NCBI GenBank assembly: GCA_030704615.1
Contig: CM060732.1
Span: 69,192,001-69,256,000, forward strand
DNA from: Takakia lepidozioides
Lineage: Eukaryota; Plantae; Bryophyta
Direction of reading: 5' to 3'
DNA length: 64,000 bases
Below, piece after piece: positions 36,901 to 47,716 of the stretch. The notes under the pieces are model-generated. The model made no database searches. It was not told the origin of the DNA and saw only the letters and a list, made by a program, of their open reading frames with translations. The position numbers and the translations under genes were made by a program. Numbering within the stretch: the stretch's first letter is position 1; each line of letters starts with the position of its first letter.

Positions 36901-38688
36901 CTCACATAAAGGACATCTGAGCCTATCCTTCTTCCATTCTGGGTTCTCCTCCTTGGCTACATGGAGATCAATACATGCTTCCACTATTTTGCGATCATAC
37001 TCCTTTGGCGAGTACCAATATCTTCGCAGCTTCTTCAAACGCGTGACGTGCACAAAGTCGATCCAGTCGGGTCCGCCCTTCGCGCAGGCTTCCTCCATCG
37101 CCTATACAACACAACAAAAAGGCAGAGGGACCAACAAAAGGGAGAAGTGCAAAGAATGGAGGAAAACAGAAAGTGCGAGAACCGGCGAGAACGAACACTA
37201 CATATGAGGACAGACAGAGAAGCCACAGCAGAAGACGAGGAACGCAACGGGCTACGGAAGCAACGGTCTTGGCGACTATTGGGGTCTAAGATGACTCTCC
37301 AAATCTGCGCGCAGAAAGAAGTCTGCGCAAGGAAGAGAGACGTTGACATAAAAACAGACCACAGCACCGGCGGGAAGACGAAGTTGAAGTTCAAGCTGAC
37401 CCGGGAGCGGAAATGCAGTACACCCACGGCACGACGTGGCACGCCATGATTGACGCCGCCACCGCCGCCATTGCATTTACTAGGTCTACCCAGTGCACAG
37501 CAGATCGAGTGAATAGCAGATAGAGTCCAGCAGACTAGAATCAGCAGAGCGATTTGAGCAGACCAACACGTAATCCACTAAGCAGGTCCACCCAACTGCA
37601 ACAGGCTGACGACGAAACAGATTATACAAAACAGACAAACTGGTAGGTCAACAGACTGGCAGGTCAACATGGTCATTGTTCTGTCGCCCTTTGTAACAAG
37701 CTGCAGGCAGACTAGACTGACGGTGCGACAGAGACAACAGACTAGCTGAAAAGACTGGCAGAACAATAGACTGGTAGACGGAAGGGTATACAGCCAAATT
37801 TTCGACGCGGCACCATGGTTTCACAGTAGACCAGCGTACACAAACGCCGCAAGACCGTTGTCAGGACAGACTAACATCACAACAGACTCACGAACATATT
37901 TCAGGCCGATGTGAGGACACAGCCTCCCGAAGAGGCTCCGATTACCAGACCAACGAAGCAAGACACACGAAGCAACATACATATGGGTATCCAGGCCGAC
38001 AAGTATTTGCTGTCGAACCCGACTTTTTTACAGGGAGACCCATACTACAGATGTGAGATAGTTCAGGAGTCTGAGGCTAACACAGCCCAACAGACACAAT
38101 TGACAGACTGACGATAACTCTGCCCAAGACACACATAACACTTCATGGCTGGATATGGGATTTGCAATGTTTTTACACACCCTCATGTGCATATGCTTTG
38201 GCGATTTTTGCTATCATCTTGCCCATGGGTTACCGTTCCAAACTGAGGAGGTGATCTGACGGACGGATGCGGCTACCTCAACATGAATAATTATAAAATT
38301 GAACGACACCATATCCCAAATGTAAACTAAGGTCGTCTTTAGGCAGACTTGTAATCGGTCCGCCCAGTGGAATAAATCCTAACAACACATTGGCCATTTT
38401 GCGATGACCGGACAGAGGCCAAACCAAGTGGGTAAAACGCATTACATGTACAATGAAATCGCAAAAACGGCCCCACCAGCAACAAAAAAAATGACGAAAA
38501 TAGTGGAAGCATATGCACGATCGTGGCTGTAGGGCTCCGACTCCTCTCCTGCCCTTCCACATCATGACAAAATGTCACGAAAACACAAAGACACGAACAC
38601 TGTGCCAGGCAACGACTACCGCCCGCACGCACCGCAGTTTCGTACAACAAAGAGCAACATCCTGATGGCAATGGCGAGATAAGCTCCC

Positions 38689-38978
38689 AAATTGGAGGGC
38701 TGTGATGGGATTCATCCTGGACGGCCCAGATCTTGCGGGCGGGCGGACTACCGGGAGCGGACCTGCCGCAGTGGACTAGCCCCAGCGGACAGGCCGCAAC
38801 GGAGCAGCCAGTGGACGGACCCCGGGAGGGGCAGCCGCAGCAGCAGCGGCGGGCGTGGGCGACCGCGGGCAGCGGCGGGTGAGGGGCGCGGTAGGGGGGC
38901 GCCCCTCGTCCGGACAACGGGCCCACCGTCCTTCTCGCACGGTTGCATTCATGACCCTATTATTGTAAAATGAGAGGC
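38689..38978 (-). repeat. Right TIR of the MULE
   Basis: Inverted copy of 14739-15018, followed by TSD TGAAACTAA. Confidence 0.9.
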
Positions 38979-41900
38979 TGAAACTAATGTCAAAAGCCGA
39001 CCAGATTTCCGAGCCACAAATTCTAAGGGTAAAAGAACTTATGTCTGTTTCTATCGATTTTCTATAGGTGGAGTCTGATCCTGGGCTGAAAGCTAGAAAA
39101 CAATTTAGATTAAGTTACCATCTCGAGGTCGTTGGAGTGCTGAGACGACAAACGTAAAAGCAAAGACATTGAGGGAACAGACGAACACACTTCCTTCCGT
39201 TCTTTGATTAACACAGTTTTACACAAAATTGACTTATGAGGGTGAGTAACCAGCATTGATACAACTTTTCTAATGGGAAGTAAGTGGCTGAATGAGGTCT
39301 TGTGAGTACGTTTAAGGGTGTTGTCTGATGATGAGTCGGGCATGACAGACGGCTAATGAACATGCAAGTGTTTTGGAATCTGGAAACGCTACAACCTCGA
39401 GCAGCGCTGTGGTAATTAGCTTCACTACTACAACCTCATTTACTGTGTATTTCTACTTTCTAGGACTTTGCATGCCACTCCTTGTTACAGTGTTGGTTTG
39501 TTACTCTCTCTCTCTCTCTCTTTTCCCTGCAAGGGAAGTCTCACAGTAGACTTCTAATGATGAAAATTGATTTGTGCAGAGGCTTTTCAACAGTTTGAAC
39601 AAATGCATCAAGAAGGTGTGAAGGCAGACATGGGGCGGGGTGGCATGATGTAGGGTTAGATAGGGTGAGAGGAGCTGAGGCTACATGTAGTGGGGTTACA
39701 CTTTTGGGGTTACAGTGGTGAGGATTAATTTACTGTGAGCTGCTTGTTTGAAAGACGTTTTCTTCTTCAAGTTGGCCAAAAGTTGTTTGATAGATCTTCT
39801 GTTTCACAGGACAATGAATGCAGGTACTACTTTGGTGCAACCGCACATACTCCAGCTTACCATGTCCATATATAGTTCAAATTGACATACGGATATGATA
39901 TAATTCATGTTTCTCACATGTGAACTGGTAGCAAACTGGAGGCCCAATGCATGCAAAGGAACAGACAGAACCCCAAGTTGGGCCACAGTCTCAACCTACA
40001 AAACTCTGCACCAACCCATAGCTCAGCACCAGAGCTGGCATAATCATGTGGATGTGTCTACAACACACACAATGTCATGTACATAAAGCTTGTTAACTCA
40101 ACGAACAATAGTCCAATAATTTAGGGCAAACAGAAAAAAACTTAACACTCAAAAATCACATGCCCATGATAATGATCAGCATGACAAATCCTGGAAACAC
40201 CCTTCCACTTCCCAGATAAGTACGAGGTGATTGCCAACTGCCTACAAGAGTTTGGGCTGTCTAGCACAACCTGTGTAGCCAACTTACACTCTCATACCTC
40301 AGAATCAACGAAGTGAAGTTGCCCTTTTCCCCAGGCATAACAGCACGGAACTTGCACCAACTGACATGAAAAAAAAACTGGCAGACAAAAATCGGAAAGT
40401 TCATGCCAGATGTCCACACAGCAGAAACAGACATAGTGAGAGAGGTAGGCCAGGCTGAGGGCTGTCTCTTTAGGCTCGTATGGGAACCTCGGGGCACTAA
40501 ACCCGAACCAGGTTGAGTGTTAGGGGGTGCAATGCTGCCGCCAATGGCTGGTAGGACTGGATGGACACAGGCTTTGCTGGTACTAGTAATTGTGCTCTAG
40601 AAGACATGCATCTGGTTGGTTCTCTGCTTTGGTACAGGCGTGGGTTCCAATTGCTATTTGTTGGCTAGTTGGCACTATGTGCTAGACTTTTTGAATTTGC
40701 TGACAGGGACAGACACTCGTTGCGTCTCCTGCTTTTGGCATGTAGTTATTGACATTCAGCAGTTGGAATCCGACCTTTACTTGTATCATTGTTTCCCAAG
40801 CAGCCCTTCCGCTGACGATTAATCTAATGTACTGAGTGAGCACCCCAGAACTTCCGAGCCTTCGAATTCGACATTTCAGCTTCCTTCGCTTCAAACTCAA
40901 GTTGGACCTTCTCCTCACATAACTACTGCAGACCAGACAGAGCGAAGAATTCCGCCTCATCGTTGACGGCCGTTGCATTGCCAACCCAACTCACACCCTC
41001 TCTCCCTCTCTCTCCGATTGAGCCCTCAACTCTCACCGGAAAATAAACATTTCAGAAACGGACGGTAGGTAGGTAAACGAACGTACACATACACATACAC
41101 ATGTATACATATATATCTATACATAGCTAAATACCTGCCAGGTATCAAGGTAGGTAGGTAGAGCATATAGGTATGCCGTAGATTTCTCAGGTAATTTTGG
41201 ATAACGTAAGTAGAAAGCAGTGTGTGTGAGACTTTGATCAAACTGTCAAATGCGGCATCTCCGCATTGCTTGCTACATTCCTTGTGAATTCGAGGATTTG
41301 AAAGACAGTTGATAGTTAAACAGCCATTCAGACAACCAAGCCATCACCCTTGTTGACAGTTATCATTTTTGACGGCCGTTGCATTGCCAACCCAACAAGC
41401 AGATTTTGCTACCCAACAAGAGTCGCCTACTCCTCCCTCATATGGAACTCCTAAGAAGTAAATATTTCAATTTAAATCTAGAACCCTCATTATTTCCAGT
41501 GACGGTGGGAGAGTGTGTGAGTCGGAAGATTGGAATTAGATTCTCACTAAGGAATAAGGAGAATGGTGTGGCATGTGGTGAAAACAGGCAGGGTTATAGC
41601 AGTGGATGTAAATGAAGGGCGGCTGCGTATCCTCACAGAGGCCGCTCAGCAGCAGGGCGTGGATGACATTGTCACTTCATGCCACTAGACGACCTTCGTG
41701 ATTTTGCGGTGCCCATGAATCCTTTAGTTAATTTTTGCTGATGTTTAGCCATGCTTTTCTTTTCCAACCATAAGTTACAGACTGCCATGGTTTTGTCAGG
41801 TTCAGTCCACATCATATGGCAATCTTCAAGACTTGAAGCCTAGAGAGCTTGCATGATGTTCAAATTTAGGAATTTGGGATCTCTTGTTGATTTGCGGTGT

Positions 41901-42092
41901 ATTGCTACAAAATGGTTGTAAACAAAACATTTAGACAGTTTAATTATCGACTACATGGTCGCATTTGTCACTATTGTCTTCGGCAAGTAATAGAAGAGGC
42001 CCTGGAGTTTAATGCGCAATCAGCGGGGCTGCCTACGTGGCCCCCCCCCCCTGGCGGCTCCTGCGTTGGTCACGGTCGCCGCGACGCATCGC

Positions 42093-43530
42093 TCCATGTG
42101 CAACATCCTACGAACAATTGATTTGCAGAAATGGTAAGAGGGATGAATCGTACCTTGTGGTGATTTGTCCCGAAGGTTGCATCGCATGCAACGATACGCG
42201 CATGTCCCAATTGAAGCATTATCTACTTCTGCCACTCAGTTTGAATGCCAATAGTGAATGTCAAATCTCCATCGTAATGCTTGAAGGTTGGCGCCAATGT
42301 TTCTTCTCGATAGAAGAAGATTGATGCGGGGTTCAGGTCTTTCCACATGTGGACGCTGTCGGCATCGTTGGCATGCTTTTTGAACGTCTGCCACGCCCGT
42401 TTCTCAGCCAGGTTGCGGACAACTTGCTCGAGGAGGAAATCATCACGTGTCCATGCATCTCCCAAACCTGTGTTGTTCATGACATGCTCCTTGTGTTCCA
42501 TCATGATTCGTGCGACCGTGAGGCCTCGACACAAACACTCAACGACCCAGGCTTTCAATTCCTGGCTAATGCGGGGTGCGTAGGCTGCCTGTGTGTTCTT
42601 GAACTCTGCGGTCTTGCCATGGGAGGGTTTCCCTAGGGCATCGATGTGCTCTATGTTGTTGTAGTATGTGAGGACACAAATGTCTGGGGCAAGATAAGAT
42701 TGCTGCACTTTGAAACGACAAAGACACCCGCGCTTGTACAACTCTCCGTAGTCCGACTTCTTCCTTCTCGGGCCTTTATGCGGGTGTTTAGTGTCAGCAC
42801 CCACATCCGGACCTCCACGCTTTTGTTTTGGATCTTCGACAGTTGCATTGACCGTGCGCTTGTCGTCGGGTCCGTAGCAGCATTGATACCTATCAAATGG
42901 AATTCAAAGCCAAAATATCAACTTATGGACTTATGGAAACCACTGTCGGAGACAAATACAAATCACAACAACAATGCAGTGAGATCCCTAAACCACAATG
43001 AGGATGGTGCACACATGATACTGCTCAAGAAGGTGTTCCCTCTGGGAGCTTTCCGCACTTCGGCGTCCACTTTACTGTGCACATGTACCCAATATTGAGT
43101 GGGGCAGTCCTCCACACTCTCCTCTCCATGGACAAAGTCCACAACTCTATCCCAAGGTATACAGGCCTTTTTAACACGCACTTGCACCCCCCTAAACCCA
43201 TATTGCGTTTCACACTTCCAATGGATGTTCTTATTGTTGAAAGGTCCTGGTTTCGGTGTTTGCAGATTTTGTCGAAGAGGGCGTATAAGCCGGCTCTCAA
43301 ATTGCTGAATGTCGTCGGCTTCCGCTCCTACGTCCATGCCCTGTACAGTGCAGAACACACGCTCCAGAAGAACCTGCAACGAAAGCGCCGCAGGACACGA
43401 TCGAGAACGTGCACGGAGAAACAGGACCCACGGCTGGTGGCAGATGGCAGGCGGCAGAGATAAGGCCCTAAATTGGAGGGCTGCGATGGGATTCGTCGTG
43501 GACGGCCCAGATCTTGCGGGCGGGCGGACA
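42093..43530 (-). mobile_element. Truncated, inverted second copy of the same MULE family (inner TIR plus 5' part of transposase)
   Basis: Closely similar to about 14960-16365 (MDVGAEADD.., QQSYLAPDICVLTYYNN.., CDATFGTN); lacks the outer TIR and the 3' part. Confidence 0.9.
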
Positions 43531-43633
43531 CGCGGACACGCGGACTAGAGGGAGCGCACACAAGGGCCCTACTAACTAAGTTATTAGGGTTACTTGAACG
43601 GGCCGCAAGAAACAAGATACGGGGAATATACTG

Positions 43634-45460
43634 ATGGCAAGGTATGTGAAGCAGGGATATTATAGGGAAACCCTTGAGACCTTGGACACTACCCTAGATG
43701 ACATGTATGCCAAATGCGAGAGCATCGAGGATGCAAAGGGAGTGCTCAACAATATGGCTGAACGAAATGTGGTTTCATGGGGTGCAATGATAGCAGGGTA
43801 TGCCCAGCAAAGGTTTGGGATGGAGGCTTTGGAGATCTGTGAGCAAATGATGCAGGATGGGGTGAAGCCCAACCAAGTCACATTTGTCTGCATTTGCAAT
43901 GCGTATGCCAGCCTGGGAGCTCTGGAAAAGGGCAAAGAGGTCCATGCTGACAGCACGAAAGCTGGAATTGTGCCAAATATCGTCTTGGATACATCCCTTG
44001 TCGACAAGTATGCCAAATGTGGGAGCCTCAAGGATGCAAAGGGAGTGTTCGACAATATGCCTGTGCAGATATGCCAAGCATGGCTTTGGAATGGAGGCTT
44101 TGGAGACCTATGAGCAAACGATGTGGGAAGGGGTGAAGCCCAACCAGATCACATTGGTTTGCGTTTGCAATGCATGTGCCAGCCTGGGAGCCCTAGAAAA
44201 GGGCAAAGAGGTCCATGCTGACATCATGAAAGCTGGAATTGTGCCAAATGTCATCTTGAACACTACCCTCGTGGACATGTATGCCAAATGCGGGAGCATC
44301 AAGCATGCAGAGGGGTTGTTCGACAATATGGCTAAACGAAATGTGGTATCGTGGGCTGCAATGATCACAGGATACGCCCAGCATGGGTGTGGGATGGAGG
44401 CTTTGGAAACCTATGATCAACTGATGCAGGAAGGGGTGAAGCCCAACCAGTGAACATTCGTGTGTGTTTGCAATGTGTGTGCCAGCCTGGGAGCTCTGGA
44501 AGAAGGCAAAGAGGTCCATGCTGACATCATGAAAGCTGGAATTGTGCCAAATATCATCTTCGATACTACCCTCATCGACATGTATAGCAAGTGCGGGAGC
44601 ATCAACAACGATGCAAAGGGAGTGTTTGAAAATGTCTGAACGAGATGTGGTTTCATGGAATGCAATGACCGCCAGAATGGTTGTCGTAGGGAGGTCCTAC
44701 AACTATTTGAAGGGATGCAAAAGGAAGGCTTGAAGCCAAACAATTTCACCTTTATGTGTTCTCTCTGCATGCAGCCATGGGGGGCCTACTAGATGAAGGC
44801 AGACACTTCTTTGATTCCCTGAGTCAAGATCATGGCCTGACTCCAACAGTGCAGCACTTAGGCTGCATGGTGGACCTTCTTGGCCATGCAGGGCGATTGG
44901 ACGAGGCAGAGGATTTGATCAATAAAATGCCAATCAAACTGGATGTTGGGGTGTGGAGGGCCTTGCTTGGTGCCTGCAGGAGTCATGGCAATGTGGAGGT
45001 GGCAGAGCGTGCGGCAAAATGTTTTCTCGAGTGGGATGGACAAGATGCTGGAACTCATGTGTTGCTATCGAACATCTATGCTGTAGTTGGTAGGTGGGAC
45101 GATACTGCTAAGGTGAGAAAAATGATGAAGGTCAGAGGTGTCAGAGAGGAGCCAAGTTACTGCTGCATTGAGGTCTGGGATAGGGTGGATAACTTCGTTA
45201 TCGATGACAAATCACATCCGCAAATTGAGGCAATCTATTCTGAGCTGAGAAAATTGTCTGGGCAGATGAAGGAGGCAAGGTACATGCCTGACACGCACTC
45301 GGTATTTCACGATGCGGAGGAGGAGCGGGAGGAATTTTCTCTTTGCCACCACAGTGAGAACCTGGCCATTGCTTTTAGGCTGAAGAACCTACGGGTGTGT
45401 GGTGACTGCCACACGGCCACTAAGTTCATCTCAAAGATCGTTGTCCGTGACAATCTGTAG
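43634..45460 (+). pseudogene. Degenerate PLS-E-DYW PPR paralog
   Basis: Same repeat unit as 47717-50500 but with frameshifts, stops and deletions; HHSENLAIAF (HSEK to HSEN), truncated DYW domain. Confidence 0.88.
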
Positions 45461-46739
45461 TCTAAATGGTGGAAGATGCGCATGAACCTTGTTATCAACT
45501 GATAAGACATACTTCACTGAGGGATTACCATGGGCCATGTGGTGGTAAACCCTTGTCAGTAGCTATCATCCTTGGGACACAATTATCTAGAATAGTGCAG
45601 AGCAACCATTGCCAGCAGTACCGAGAGATGGATTAGGACAGCAAAAGATCATTGCTACCTGCAAAGCATTCGGTATGGAACCTTGCTCTCGCACTATGCT
45701 CCTCTAGCTCCCATTTTTGAACAAATTTGATATTTGCAGTATTGTTAGGAGATCTTTCCGTCTATTCTACATAAGACAATTGTTGTAAACTATGCCCGAA
45801 TCGTGTATTGTTACTCAGGACAGAACAGAACACGAAACTCTCTAGACACTCGCCATGCATGGCACTCCTCAGATAGTCGTTTGCGGCCGATATCTCTGCG
45901 AGGGTGCGCCCTGGCGGGTTGATGACCCTGCTGGGGGCAGAGTTTGGGGAGGCGGGGGTTTGGGAGTGCTCTCTAGTCGGCAGAGAGTGGTCAATGCAGC
46001 TCCCACGTGCGCTATCGTGGTCAAGAGAGATGTATTTACCAGGGTGGTCACTCGTTGTAGTGCTCGAAGAGAGAGGACTTCTCATAGGGCTAGGCGAAGG
46101 TGAGTGCCAGCCAGGGTCGGAGATTGGTCCATGCTCCAAACAGAAAGCATGAAAAGCATTCTCCTCATCAGTAAGGCTACTCCTCGGATCCACCCGCGTA
46201 GTGTGTCCGTAGGCCAGAGAAGCAGTAGTCGTTACAGGCCGAACTCCTTCTGCAGATGTGGATCTGTCACTGACTGTGCGTGAGCCTTGCAAGAGATCAA
46301 ATAGCACATAATAGGAGAGCCCCTTCTTTTGTCCCTGCAGCCCTCACAGCCAAAGAACAAGCAGTCAAAAATTTATATCTTCCTCTCGCTATCCACATCT
46401 ACCCTCATTGGTGAAATTTTATCAATATTGATTGAACCATTGTGTTCTGAAGTGGCCAAGTGGAGTAGGTGGACTTTGTCCCCCTACTCCACTTCTACTC
46501 TATTTGCCTATTACCAATGAATCCATCATGATGGGGTGGACATCACATCCAGACATGACCGCAACAGACTCATTAGGAGAGAGCTTATGGAATTACATGT
46601 CAAGAGAACTTGGAAGCTACCCAATCTCACGACAAAGCTCCACTTCTATCGAGAGACATTCTTGGTGCTCTGAGATGATAGAATCTTGAGGCCAAATTAC
46701 CTTTCAGCATCCTTGTCTCCTTCCCTCCTGAGGGCATTG

Positions 46740-47140
46740 GGGCGGTTCAGGGTGGGTTCCCACAACCTACGGATAGAGACTGGCAGATGGGAAAACCTGC
46801 AACGGGAAGACCGCCTATGTCCAACTTGCATAGGGCGCATGCGGGAAATTGAAACTGAATAAGACTTCTTCTACTGCCCTCTATATTACGAGATCCGTGG
46901 GAGATTCCACTGTTTATTCAGTAGAACCCAATCTCTCACTGAAGTCTTCCACTATGAGGATCAGAAATGCTTGGCAGCTTACCTGCACAAGGCCTTCACC
47001 CTTAGACAATCACTAGAACATTAGTTCTTATTCTTGGGTTCTGGTTTTGTTTCCTCTCTCATGTTTTCTTCCATTTTGTCCCATAAGCTCTATGAGCTTT
47101 CCGCGGACGTTATAAAGCACCATTTCATTTCAGTTCATTT
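46740..47140 (+). mobile_element. 3' relic of a non-LTR retrotransposon (RTE-X/L2-like)
   Basis: RIETGRW..REDRLCPTC..IETE..FFYCPLYYEIR C-terminal Cys motif followed by an (ATTTC)n-like tail near 47121-47140. Confidence 0.55.
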
Positions 47141-47716
47141 CCCCCAACCTTGAATTCCATGCACAAACTTGATGTTATAGTGATGCCGCATCAATCAATA
47201 ACAGAATACCCAAATACTATTACAATCACTATGTGAACTTTCAAGCGGCAACCATGGGGTTGGATCCTGGTGGGTTAAGGCTAGCTTTCGACAGCATCCA
47301 TGCAAGTAGTCAAGGGCTCTATCTGAAGCAGCACCGTCAGAAACATGCAAACATGTCCAAATACAAGATGCTGAACAAACTTGTGCACAGGGCTGCCCCT
47401 CTAATCAAGCTCAATATAAGACGTATGCACTTCCATCGTCAAGCCTTGGAGAAGCTTCACCACCCACCCACACCAGAATTGGGACCACACTCTGATTTCC
47501 TTCCGCTATCACCAGTCAAAATCCCTCCTTCAGTCGAGTGCAATTTTGGGCTGACTTCCCACCTATGCTGCGTAGACCCCACTATCAATTCCTGTGAATA
47601 TGCCACAGGAGATGCCCTCAACAGTGCATCATGGTCAATATTCTCAGCAAATGGTGGATGAACTGAGTAGCTCCACAGATCAATGAATGAGGCAAGATAC
47701 CCAGAAAAACATCTTT

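Larger units (their letters stand above)
19372..37098 (-). pseudogene. MULE accessory gene ending in a Ulp1/C48 (SUMO-protease-like) domain, Kaonashi-like, interrupted by the Gypsy insertion
   Basis: Splicing 31451 to 31151 and removing the retroelement gives ..MLVPVLQGCHWSVIIIDLRKSAYTHLNS..FQFNSLEVPQQPFSWECGFYVMSFIE. Same-strand ORFs upstream (36649-37098 with CPLC..H zinc-finger-like motif; 33688-35283) are probably earlier exons, but this linkage is inferred. Confidence 0.7.
14739..38978 (+). mobile_element. Mutator-like DNA transposon (MULE), 24.2 kb including the nested retrotransposon (about 12.9 kb without it)
   Basis: About 280-bp TIRs (14739-15018 and 38689-38978, starting GCCTCTCATTTTACAATAATAGGGTCATGAATGCAA). 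Perfect 9-bp TSD TGAAACTAA at 14730-14738 and 38979-38987. Internal MULE transposase. Confidence 0.93.

Noticed and set aside
45762-46307. 181-aa Ser/Pro-rich ORF
   Set aside because: No recognisable domain; likely TE-derived low-complexity sequence.
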